A DNA stretch of 32,000 nucleotides, from contig NC_015067.1 of the NCBI RefSeq assembly GCF_000196555.1, positions 1,410,001-1,442,000 of the forward strand, read 5' to 3'. A program made the position numbers and the translations under genes. This DNA is from Bifidobacterium longum subsp. longum JCM 1217. GTDB lineage: Bacteria > Actinomycetota > Actinomycetes > Actinomycetales > Bifidobacteriaceae. This document shows positions 11,974 to 20,792 of the stretch, in pieces. The notes below the pieces were generated by a model, which saw nothing but the letters and a program-made list of their open reading frames with translations, had not been told where the DNA came from and searched no databases. Each line of letters begins with the position of its first letter. Position 1 is the stretch's first letter.

Positions 11974-13983
11974 TCAGTCCAAACCGAGCTGGAGCTTGCC
12001 GCCGGGGATGGCGTCGAGCAGGTCTCGGGTGTACTGCTTCTGCGGGTGGTCGAAGACCTCGTCGGTGGTGGCATGCTCCACGAGCTTGCCGTGCTGCATC
12101 ACCACAACCTCGTCGGCGATCTGACGAACCACGGCCAGATCGTGGGTGATGAACAGGTAGCTCAGGCCCTTTTCGGCCTGCAGATCGTTGAGCAGGCGCA
12201 ACACCTGGTCCTGCACCAGCACGTCCAAAGCGGACACGGCCTCATCGCACACGATGACGTCCGGGTCCAGAGCCATGGCTCGTGCGATGGCGATGCGCTG
12301 GCGCTGGCCACCAGAGAGCTCGTTCGGGTAACGGCCCATCACGGAAGCCGGCATCTCGACCATGTCCAGCAGTTCCTTGACACGGTTGGCTCGCCACTTG
12401 GAATCGCCGATCTTGTGGATGCGCAGCGGCTCCTCGATGGAACGGAAGATGGAGTACATCGGGTCGAGCGAACCGTAGGGGTTCTGGAACACCGGCTGAA
12501 CGTGGCGGCGGAAACCGAGCAGATCCTTGGCCTTGAACGTGGAGGTGTCGCGGCCTTCGTAGAACACCTTGCCGGAAGTGGGCTTCAGGAGGTGAAGCAC
12601 CATGTTCGCCACGGTGGACTTGCCGGAACCGGATTCGCCCACGATGGCCAGGGTGGTGCCGCGCTTGACGGAGAAGGACACGTCGTCGACGGCCTTGAAC
12701 ATCTCCTTCTTGCGGGGCAGCTTGAATTCCTTGGTCAAGTGGTCGACGGTGATGATGTGCTCGCTCTTCTCAAGCGTGCTTTCGCCGGCGATGTGGTGAT
12801 CGAGCAGGGCGTCCGCGTTCTCACCGCGCTCCTTGGCGGAGATGATGCGCTGGGAGGCCAGCGACGGGGCGGCGGCCACGAGTCGCTTGGTGTACGGGTG
12901 CTGCGGGTGCTGCAGCACCTCGAGGGACGGACCGGATTCGACGACCTGACCCTTGTACATCACGACAATGTGCTGGGCACGCTCGGCGGCAAGGCCCAGA
13001 TCGTGGGTGATGAACAGCACGGCGGTGCCCAACGAGTCGGTGAGCATGTGCAGGTGGTCGAGGATGCGCTTCTGCACGGTCACGTCCAGAGCGGAGGTCG
13101 GCTCGTCGGCAATCAGCAGGTCAGGGCGGCAGGCCAGACCGATGGCGATGAGCGCACGCTGGCGCATACCACCGGAGAACTCGTGCGGGAACTGACGGGC
13201 ACGGGTAGCGGCGTCGGGCAGACCGGCCTCGGACAGCAGACCCGCGATACGGTCATCCATTGTGGAGCCGATGACGTACTTCTTGGCGAGGTACCAGGCC
13301 TGATCGTCGGCCACGCCGGCCTTGATGAGGTCGTCGGCCACGCGCCAACGGGTTTCGGAGCCCGGAACCCATTCGTTGGTGAAGCGGGCGACGGCCTTGT
13401 CGAAGGCCTCGCCGGACACGCCGGCTTCGGTCAAAGCCTTCTTGGCCTCGGTCATGAGCTCGGGCAGTTCCTTGGCACCGAGGAAGGTCTCGTCGTCGTT
13501 GCCCTTGACTTCGACCTCGTCGCCGGCCAGGGCCTTGGCGAGGGCGGAGCGCTTCTCATGGTCCACGTCCATGTTGTTGGCCTTCAGTGCTTCCTTGACC
13601 TGGGTGCCGATACGCCACACCGGGTTGAGGTTGCTCATCGGGTCCTGCGGCACGAGGCCCATCTTGGTGCCGCGCAGCTTGTCGAACTCGCTCTGCTTGG
13701 CGCCGGCGATTTCCTCGCCGTCAAGCTTGATGGAGCCGTTGACCACGTGACCGGTGCCGGGCAGCAGGCCCAGCACAGCCATGGCGGAGGTGGATTTGCC
13801 GGAGCCGGATTCGCCCACGATGGCCACCCACTGGCCGGGGTAGACGGTGAAGTTGGCGTCGCGCACCGCATGCACCGGCTTGCCGGTGTCAGTGGTGAAG
13901 TCGATGGCCAGATCCTTGACCTCGAGCAGCGGACCATGCTCTTTCTGCATAGCCAGCATCTTGGCGTTGGTGTTGTCAGTCAT
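11974..13983 (-). CDS. Peptide ABC transporter, fused double ATP-binding protein (OppD/OppF or DppD/DppF type)
   Basis: 669 aa. Two Walker A motifs ('GESGSGKSTSA', 'GESGSGKSTVA') and two signature motifs ('FSGGMRQR', 'LSGGQRQR'). GGAGA precedes the ATG. Confidence 0.9.
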   Translation of the reverse strand: MTDNTNAKMLAMQKEHGPLLEVKDLAIDFTTDTGKPVHAVRDANFTVYPGQWVAIVGESGSGKSTSAMAVLGLLPGTGHVVNGSIKLDGEEIAGAKQSEFDKLRGTKMGLVPQDPMSNLNPVWRIGTQVKEALKANNMDVDHEKRSALAKALAGDEVEVKGNDDETFLGAKELPELMTEAKKALTEAGVSGEAFDKAVARFTNEWVPGSETRWRVADDLIKAGVADDQAWYLAKKYVIGSTMDDRIAGLLSEAGLPDAATRARQFPHEFSGGMRQRALIAIGLACRPDLLIADEPTSALDVTVQKRILDHLHMLTDSLGTAVLFITHDLGLAAERAQHIVVMYKGQVVESGPSLEVLQHPQHPYTKRLVAAAPSLASQRIISAKERGENADALLDHHIAGESTLEKSEHIITVDHLTKEFKLPRKKEMFKAVDDVSFSVKRGTTLAIVGESGSGKSTVANMVLHLLKPTSGKVFYEGRDTSTFKAKDLLGFRRHVQPVFQNPYGSLDPMYSIFRSIEEPLRIHKIGDSKWRANRVKELLDMVEMPASVMGRYPNELSGGQRQRIAIARAMALDPDVIVCDEAVSALDVLVQDQVLRLLNDLQAEKGLSYLFITHDLAVVRQIADEVVVMQHGKLVEHATTDEVFDHPQKQYTRDLLDAIPGGKLQLGLD

Positions 13984-14005
13984 AATGATTCTCCACTCCC
14001 CTCAC

Positions 14006-15010
14006 TCAGGCCGTACGGCTCTTCGGGTCGAGGGCGTCCTTGACGGCGTCGCCCATCATGATGAACGCAAGCACGGTGATGGCCAGTGCGGCGGACGGGT
14101 AGAACAGCACCATCGGATCGGTCTGCAGGTTGGTCTGTGCGCTGGAGATATCGCCACCCCAGCTCACCGTGGTGGTCGGCAGACCGACGCCAAGGAAGCT
14201 TAGGGTTGCTTCGGCCACGATGTAGGAGGCCAGCGAAGTGGTGGCGATGACGATGATCGGGGCCAAGGAGTTCGGCAGGATATGGCGGAACAGATTCCTG
14301 GCAGGCGTGGAGCCGAGGGCCGTGGAGGCGGTGTTGAATTCGAGGTTCTTCGATTCCAGCACGGCGCTTCGGGCGATACGGCATACGCCGACCCAGCCGA
14401 AGAGCGTCAGCACCAGCACGATCTTCCAGATGGACTTGGAGGTCTTGAACATCTGGAGCACCACGATGGCGCCGAGCAGCATAGGCAGGGCGAAGAAGAT
14501 GTCGGTGATACGGCTCAGCACCGCGTCGACCCAACCGCCGAAGAAGCCGGCGACGGCACCGATCAGGGTACCGACAATCACGACCAGTAGCGTGGAGAGC
14601 ACGCCGACGGACAGTGAGGTACGGGTGCCGTAGACCACGCGGGTGTACACGTCGCAGCCCTGCAGGTCGTAGCCGAAGGGGTGTCCGGCGGAGGCGGGGC
14701 TCAAGGAGTTGCCCAGATCGCAGGCGTTCGGATCCTGCTTGGTGAACAGACCGGGGGCGATGGCCACCACGATGATGAAGAGGATCAGCAGCCCGGAGAT
14801 GATGAACAGCGGATTGCGGCGCAGGGTTCGCCATGCGTCGGCCCACATGCTGGTGGCCGGTGCGGATTCGTCGACGGAATCGACGTCCTGCAACGGGGTC
14901 TCGTCGAGAGGAGCTACGTAACGGTCCTGACCGGGCAGGGTTTCCATGAAGTATTCGGTTCCTGGCTCGCCGGTCTCGTTGAGCTCGTTTTCAGTGGTTT
15001 CGTTTGCCAT
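14006..15010 (-). CDS. Peptide ABC transporter permease (OppC/DppC type)
   Basis: Multi-span membrane protein with C-terminal 'MMGDAVKDALDPK'. Start set at ATG 15010 (GGGAGGAG at 15020-15027) instead of GTG 15019. Confidence 0.85.
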   Translation of the reverse strand: MANETTENELNETGEPGTEYFMETLPGQDRYVAPLDETPLQDVDSVDESAPATSMWADAWRTLRRNPLFIISGLLILFIIVVAIAPGLFTKQDPNACDLGNSLSPASAGHPFGYDLQGCDVYTRVVYGTRTSLSVGVLSTLLVVIVGTLIGAVAGFFGGWVDAVLSRITDIFFALPMLLGAIVVLQMFKTSKSIWKIVLVLTLFGWVGVCRIARSAVLESKNLEFNTASTALGSTPARNLFRHILPNSLAPIIVIATTSLASYIVAEATLSFLGVGLPTTTVSWGGDISSAQTNLQTDPMVLFYPSAALAITVLAFIMMGDAVKDALDPKSRTA

Positions 15011-15028
15011 GTGACTCACTCCTCCCTA

Positions 15029-15955
15029 TCACGCGTAACGGATACGCGGATCGAGGGCCGCGTACAGCATGTCGACAACGAGGTTGCACACTACGAAAAT
15101 CAGCATGAGCAACGTGACGATGGACACCACCAGGTTTGCCTCGCCCTTCAGAATGGACTGGTAGGTGAGGAAGCCGATGCCGTGGATGTTGAAGATCTGC
15201 TCGGTGATCATGGCACCACCCATCAGGGCGCCGATGTCCTGGCCGAGGTAAGTGACGACTGGAATCAGGGAGTTACGTAACACGTGGCGCAGCATGACCT
15301 GACCGTTCGACATGCCCTTGGCGCGTGCGGTGCGCACGTAATCCTCGGCGATGTTGGAGGAGATTTCGGAGCGGGTCAGTCGGATGATATAGGCCATCGA
15401 CACCGAACCGAGCACCATGGCCGGCATGAGCAGATCAAGGAAGCCGGGGTCGGCGCCTGCCGTCACCGGCAATATCGCTCACTGAATACCAAAGACATAT
15501 TGCATGACGAAGCCGGTGACGAAGGTCGGCACGGAAATAAGCAGCAGAGAGACGATCAGGATGACGGTGTCGTACCACTTGCCCTTCTTGAGGCCCGAGA
15601 TAATGCCGAAGACCACACCGAAAATCGCCTCGAACACGAACGCCATCAAGCCGAGCCTGATGGTGACCGGGAAGGCGCGGGTGATTTCGTCGAGAACGGG
15701 CTGGCCGGCGAAGGTATCGCCGAAGTTCAGGGTCAGTGCATTCTTCAGGTAGATAAAGTACTGAACGATGAACGGCTGGTCGAGATGGTATTCTGCGCGG
15801 ATCTGGGCTGCGACGGCGTCATTGACGGGCTTGTCTCCGAACATGGCCTTGACAGGGTCGCCCGGCAGGGCGAATACAAGGGCATATACCAGAAGAGTCG
15901 TACCGAGAACCACGGGAATCATCTGCAGAATGCGTCGCAGAAGATACTTACCCAT
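15029..15955 (-). pseudogene. Peptide ABC transporter permease (OppB/DppB type) interrupted by one in-frame TGA at 15479-15481
   Basis: ORFs 15479-15955 and 15029-15472 are in the same frame. The minus strand reads ...TTT GGT ATT CAG TGA GCG ATA TTG CCG GTG ACG... (FGIQ*AILPVT). The joined product of 308 codons has the hallmarks 'RRILQMIPVVLG...LPGDP', 'YVRTARAKG' and C-terminal 'LDPRIRYA'. Confidence 0.75.
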
Positions 15956-16180
15956 ACGGTTGCTCCTTATTTCCTAGACCGGCCAGAAAGGGCATAGTAC
16001 GCCCCCGCCGGTCGATAAATACTCCGACAGTTTACCGCATGCCCGGACTGTGATATGTAAATTTGCGTTAACGCAAGGTTTGAGATTGGGCAATGTTGGT
16101 GGATATGTCCATGGTTGCGGTCGGATAGTGGATACTTTAACTTGGTTCCCGATGGCGTGAGCAAGCACCCCTCACACAAC

Positions 16181-16211
16181 AAAAAGGGCGGGGATCTTGC
16201 GATCCTCGCCC
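16181..16211 (-). terminator. Intrinsic terminator/attenuator after the SBP gene
   Basis: Minus-strand GGGCGAGGATC-GCAA-GATCCCCGCCC (11-bp stem, one mismatch) followed by TTTTT, about 45 nt downstream of the SBP stop. Confidence 0.7.
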
Positions 16212-16255
16212 TTTATTTCCGAACTACCTAACGGTATCCGTTCAGTGAGTCAGAC

Positions 16256-17896
16256 TCACTTCTTGGACATCTCGGTGTAGGTCGGGAGGTTCTGCCAATC
16301 GAAGGCGTAGCCGGACTTCACGTTGAGGGAAGCCACACCGGAGGCGTTGGAGTAGTACAGCGGGATGGCCGGAAGGTCGTTGAGGAGGATTTCCTCAGCC
16401 TGCTGGTACAGCTTGTTGGCGTCATCAGTGCTGGAAGCGGCAGCAGCCTGCTTGCACAGGTCATCGAAGGCCGGGTTCTTGTAGTCACCATCGTTGGAGC
16501 CGTTGCCATCAGCAGCAGCGGTGGAGTACAGCTGCCACAGGTAGTTCTCGGCGAACGGGTAGTCAGGCTGCCAGCCGGTACGGAAGGCGCCCTTCATCTG
16601 ACGGTTGGTGACCGCGTCACGGAATTCCTGGAAGGTCGGGATCGGGTTGGTGGCCGCGTCGATGCCCAAGTTGTTCTTGAGCTGGTTCACGATAGCATCG
16701 TAGAGCGGCTTGGCACCACCATCGGCGTTGTAGGAGAAGGTGAGCTGGCCGTCGTACTTGGAGATGGCGTCAGCCTTGGCCCACAGTTCCTTGGCCTTGG
16801 AGGCGTTGAACTTCAGGTTGTCGGCACCCTTGAGGGAGTCGGAGTAGCCCGGGGTCTTCGGGGAGGTGAACTCGGTGGCGGCGGTGGCGTTGCCGTTGAG
16901 CACCTTGTCGATGAGCTGGTCACGGTTGATGGCCATGGAGATGGCCTGACGACGCAGCTGGCCTTCCTCGTCGTTCTTGAAGTGGTCAAGGGAGGACGGG
17001 ATGGTGAAGGTCTGGATGACGGAGCCGGCCTCGGAGTAAGCCTGGACCTTCTTGTCGGTCTTGAAGGTCTTGGTGAAGGCAGCCGGGACGGATTCCATCA
17101 CGTCGAGGTTGCCGGCCTGAATGTCGCGGTAGGCGGCGGAGTCGTCGGTGTAGACCTTGAAGGTCACGCCGTCGTTCTTGGGCTGCTCGTTACCCTTGTA
17201 GTCAGGGTTCTTGACGAGGGCGATTTCCTTGTTGTGATCCCAGTGGTCCAGCTTGTACGGGCCATTGGAGACAGGCTTCTCGCCGAAGGCCTTCGGATCC
17301 TTGTAGAAGGACTCGGGCAGCGGGGCGAAGGCCGAGTAGCCGACCTTGATCGGGAACACGGAGTCGGACTGGTTCAGGTCGACGGTGAAGGTGGTGTCGT
17401 CCACGACCTTGAGGCCGGAGAGCTGCTCGTCACCTTTGAGGCCATCCTTCTGCAGATCGTCATAGCCGGCGATGGCGGAGAAGAAGGAGGAGCACTTCTG
17501 GGCGTTCTTGGCGTTGGCCACGTAGGACCAGGCCTTGGTGAAGGACTCAGCGGTCACCGGAGTGCCGTCGGTGAACTTCCAGCCGGACTTGATCTTGATG
17601 GTGTACTGGGTGGCGTCATCGTTCGGGGTGATGGACTCGGCCACTTCGTTGGAAGCCTTGCCGTCCTTGTCGAAGGAGACCAGACGGGAGAACAGCAGGT
17701 CGACCGGCTTGCCGCCGCCGGTTTCGTTGGTGTTGCCCGGGATCAGCGGGTTCTGCGGTTCGGAGTTGTACGCAGTGATGATGTTGGAGCCAGCGGTGTC
17801 ACCGGAGGCAGCGTTGCTGTTGGAGCCGCCGCAGGCGCTCAGCAGCATGGCCACGGAGCAAGCCATGGCAGCGAAAGCAAGAGCTTTCTTCTTCAT
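16256..17896 (-). CDS. Peptide ABC transporter substrate-binding lipoprotein (family 5, OppA/DppA type)
   Basis: Lipoprotein signal 'MKKKALAFAAMACSVAMLLSAC'. About 546 aa, a typical family-5 SBP length. Start at ATG 17896 with AGGAGA 6 nt upstream. Confidence 0.9.
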   Translation of the reverse strand: MKKKALAFAAMACSVAMLLSACGGSNSNAASGDTAGSNIITAYNSEPQNPLIPGNTNETGGGKPVDLLFSRLVSFDKDGKASNEVAESITPNDDATQYTIKIKSGWKFTDGTPVTAESFTKAWSYVANAKNAQKCSSFFSAIAGYDDLQKDGLKGDEQLSGLKVVDDTTFTVDLNQSDSVFPIKVGYSAFAPLPESFYKDPKAFGEKPVSNGPYKLDHWDHNKEIALVKNPDYKGNEQPKNDGVTFKVYTDDSAAYRDIQAGNLDVMESVPAAFTKTFKTDKKVQAYSEAGSVIQTFTIPSSLDHFKNDEEGQLRRQAISMAINRDQLIDKVLNGNATAATEFTSPKTPGYSDSLKGADNLKFNASKAKELWAKADAISKYDGQLTFSYNADGGAKPLYDAIVNQLKNNLGIDAATNPIPTFQEFRDAVTNRQMKGAFRTGWQPDYPFAENYLWQLYSTAAADGNGSNDGDYKNPAFDDLCKQAAAASSTDDANKLYQQAEEILLNDLPAIPLYYSNASGVASLNVKSGYAFDWQNLPTYTEMSKK

Positions 17897-18147
17897 ATGA
17901 TTTCTCCTATTCATTAGGTTGCGAAGCGTTTCAGCCTCGCCTCATGCGAACGGGGTCGGATTTCCTCATCGTCGGGACACTTACGCTTCCCGCCGCTTCG
18001 GACACCCAACCCCGTTGCTGTTACCTGTCATTTTTGCGCACTTGGGAGACAAGCAGCGTATTTTTGTTACACCCATGTAAAATTCGGGGGCTTTTACCGG
18101 CTAGGTTCAGTCTTTGCTAAGTTTGTTAACCAATGCCCACATAGTGG

Positions 18148-19221
18148 TCATGCCCGGGGAAAGGCCTGTCCGTAACGGTTCTTGAGCTGCTCGATGGAGA
18201 CGTGCGTATAGCGTTGTGTAGTTTTCAAGGAGGAATGCCCGAGCATCTCCTGCACCTCCCTCAGATCGGCACCGCCGTCCAGCATGTGCGTGGCCGCCGA
18301 ATGGCGCAACGCATGGGGGCTGATGTCCGGTACGCCGGCCTCTCGGGCCGCTCTGTGTACGATGTCACGGGCTATGCGTTGGTCGATACGGCCGCCTCGT
18401 GCGCCGAGGAACAGGGCGTTGGCAGCACGGGACTTGACTGCATCCGTTGCCGTACGGGCCAGTACCGGCCGCCCCTGTTCCAGCCAAGTCTCCAGCGCAC
18501 GCTGGGCGGGTAGTCCGAACGGCACCACGCGTTGCTTGTTGCCTTTGCCGGTGACTTTGATGGTGCGAGTGGAGAAGTCGATGTCGGCGATATTCATCGA
18601 CACCAGTTCGGCGACACGGATGCCGGTGGCATACAGCAGTTCGAGAATCGCGGCGTTGCGCTGCGATTCGGCGACGACTCGGGCGCTGTCGCGCTTGTCT
18701 GCACGGGCGGGTGCCTCGTTGCGGTTTACGGTGTCGGCTGACTTATCAGCTGTCTTGCCGACTGCCTTGCCGCTGCCACTGCCGGACGCGGCTGCCGCTC
18801 CCCCATCGCCCTTGTACTGGTTTGTTGCAACGGCCTGTTCGGCGACATCCAATAACTGCTCAGCTTGAGATTCGGTGAGCACCGCGGGCAGCGTGCTGGG
18901 AATCGAGGGAGTCATCAGTGTGGCGGCCGGGTCGGTGTTGGTCACCCCATGCTCATAGGCCCACGCGAAGAACCCGCGCACGGCCACGGTTTTGCGGGCC
19001 ATGCTGCTGCGGGCGTGATCGCGCGATTCCACCGCCATCCAGCTACGCAGATCATCCAGCGTGATCTCGTTCAGATCGGTCACGCCGCGCAGCTCGAACA
19101 GGTGCAGACATGCCGTGAGATCCGCGCGATACGCTTTGAGCGTATTCGCTGACAGGCCGCGGTTGGACTTCAGATAGGAGACGAAGGAGTCGATATCGCC
19201 GTCGAACTGCGTAGATGACAC
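18148..19221 (-). CDS. xerC: Tyrosine recombinase XerC/XerD family (XerC-like)
   Basis: 'LLYATGIRVAEL', 'HALRHSAATHMLDGGADLREVQEMLGHSSLKTTQRYTHV' and C-terminal '...AFPRA'. GTG start with GGAGGA upstream. It contains a low-complexity insertion of about 50 aa. Confidence 0.8.
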   Translation of the reverse strand: MSSTQFDGDIDSFVSYLKSNRGLSANTLKAYRADLTACLHLFELRGVTDLNEITLDDLRSWMAVESRDHARSSMARKTVAVRGFFAWAYEHGVTNTDPAATLMTPSIPSTLPAVLTESQAEQLLDVAEQAVATNQYKGDGGAAAASGSGSGKAVGKTADKSADTVNRNEAPARADKRDSARVVAESQRNAAILELLYATGIRVAELVSMNIADIDFSTRTIKVTGKGNKQRVVPFGLPAQRALETWLEQGRPVLARTATDAVKSRAANALFLGARGGRIDQRIARDIVHRAAREAGVPDISPHALRHSAATHMLDGGADLREVQEMLGHSSLKTTQRYTHVSIEQLKNRYGQAFPRA

Positions 19222-19255
19222 TCTCGTTCTCCTCCGAATTCTTTATGGCCTTGGG

Positions 19256-19513
19256 TTACGGCCGGGGTGGCGTGTTGCGCCGCTCCGGCACGGGTTTCAA
19301 TGTGGCAATCTGTTCCTGATGGATGGTCACGTTCTGGGCCGGGCGCGAACCATTGGCGGCGGCGTCACGCACCATCTCCAACGTGTATCCGTCCCAGGAA
19401 ACCACGTGACCCACATAGTCGCGGAACTTCATACGGTGGTCGACCGGGTCAATGCCGTCGGTGATGCGCACCACCACGCGGGCACCGGCCGGAATCTGCC
19501 TTGGTAACGTCAT
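19256..19513 (-). CDS. Small hypothetical protein (85 aa)
   Basis: ORF with GC3-rich codon usage. GGGGGA lies upstream of the ATG. No motif recognised. Confidence 0.55.
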   Translation of the reverse strand: MTLPRQIPAGARVVVRITDGIDPVDHRMKFRDYVGHVVSWDGYTLEMVRDAAANGSRPAQNVTIHQEQIATLKPVPERRNTPPRP

Positions 19514-19724
19514 ACGTCATCATCCCCCTTAACCATTCGCCGCATCAACTTCGATGCGTTTCCCGAAAAACGGTACAGACTACCTTACTCCTTTGAGCCT
19601 TTCGAACAGCGGAGCCACACGGTCTTCTCACGAAAACAAGCGGGAACTTCATCCCCCTCGCGCGGCCTTCTTCGTGACAGGCGGCGAGGGGAACCTGCGC
19701 ACGGGCCTACATGGCGGTACGCAG

Positions 19725-20792
19725 TTACATGGCGGGGCGCAGTTGGATGATGGCCTGACGTGGATGGACGAAGCCGGTGATGGCTTCTCCTCGGCGTGCG
19801 GAGAACAGCAGGGTCTGCTGCCAGCCGGCTTCGGGGACGACGAGCTCGCGTTCCGGGAATCCGGCGGCAGTTGTGCCGGCTTGCGGCGCAGCGGTGGCCG
19901 TACCGTCTTGTGCAGCGGTGATGCCGGCATGTGTCACGGCGGCCTTGTACCGGCGGAAGGGGTCGCCTTCGGCGAAGAATCCCATCACATCCTGCTCGCC
20001 GGCGGCACCAGCGTGCAGTTGGTCGGCCATATCGGTCAGACGTGCCGCCATGCGGCGCAGCAGCGCTTCGACGTTCAGCGAGTCTTCCTCGACCATCGCG
20101 CGCGTGCGGTCCGGGTCGGTCAGGGACACGCGGGTCATGTCCCTCCAGCAGCCGGCGGCCAGCGCGGCGGCGATGTTGCGGTCCGGGTTGGCGACCAGTT
20201 CGTTGATCAGCGCGGTGGACACCACATGCGGCATGTGGGAGATCATCGCTGCGGCCTTGTCATGCGTTTCGTCGTCCACGACGATGACGCGGTTGCCGAC
20301 GTCCTTGGTGATCATCGCGGCGACGTCGAGGAAGCGGCGGTAGTCCGTGGACTCGTCCACGGTGATGGCCCATAGGGCACCGTCGTACAGATGCGGGTCG
20401 GCGGCCTGCCAGCCGGACAGTTCGTTGCCGGCCATCGGATGGGCGCCGACGTAGCACTTCCCCAGCCCGGCAGCCTTGACCTGATCGCGGACCATGCCCT
20501 TGACCGAGCCCACGTCGGTGAGCGTGGTGTTCGGATGGTCGCCCATGAGCGGGGCCAGGGCGGCGAGGATTGCGGGCATCGCCTTGAGCGGATTGCACAG
20601 CACGACCACATCCGGCTCGGCATCCATGAGTTCGGAGAGCGTGCTCTTGCAGAAAATGCCATCGGCTTCGGCCTGGGCGTAGGGGTGCGGGCGATGGTTC
20701 CACGCGACGACGCGCACGCCGCGCTCGGTCAGGCGGCGTGCGAGCGAGCCGCCGATCAATCCGAGTCCGACGATTCCGACTGTATCTACCAC
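19725..20792 (-). CDS. tyrA: Prephenate dehydrogenase
   Basis: N-terminal Rossmann motif 'VGIVGLGLIGGSLARRL'. The GTG start overlaps the pheA stop (GTGGTAG), suggesting translational coupling. Confidence 0.85.
   Translation of the reverse strand: MVDTVGIVGLGLIGGSLARRLTERGVRVVAWNHRPHPYAQAEADGIFCKSTLSELMDAEPDVVVLCNPLKAMPAILAALAPLMGDHPNTTLTDVGSVKGMVRDQVKAAGLGKCYVGAHPMAGNELSGWQAADPHLYDGALWAITVDESTDYRRFLDVAAMITKDVGNRVIVVDDETHDKAAAMISHMPHVVSTALINELVANPDRNIAAALAAGCWRDMTRVSLTDPDRTRAMVEEDSLNVEALLRRMAARLTDMADQLHAGAAGEQDVMGFFAEGDPFRRYKAAVTHAGITAAQDGTATAAPQAGTTAAGFPERELVVPEAGWQQTLLFSARRGEAITGFVHPRQAIIQLRPAM

Noticed and set aside
15479-15481. The TGA in the permease gene as selenocysteine or programmed readthrough.
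   Set aside because: No SECIS-like hairpin is obvious directly downstream. A transmembrane permease is not a plausible selenoprotein. A nonsense mutation or a sequence error is more parsimonious.
17940-18020. Possible cyclic-di-AMP (ydaO-type) riboswitch in the SBP leader, because of ACGGGG / CCGACCCCGT-like strings.
   Set aside because: Only fragmentary resemblance was found. The pseudo-twofold architecture and conserved ydaO motifs could not be traced by eye. It is kept only as an unclassified structured leader.
18148-19255. A dif recombination site next to xerC.
   Set aside because: No ~28-bp dif-like imperfect palindrome with an AT-rich centre is visible in the flanking intergenic DNA. 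dif is normally at the terminus and not linked to xerC.
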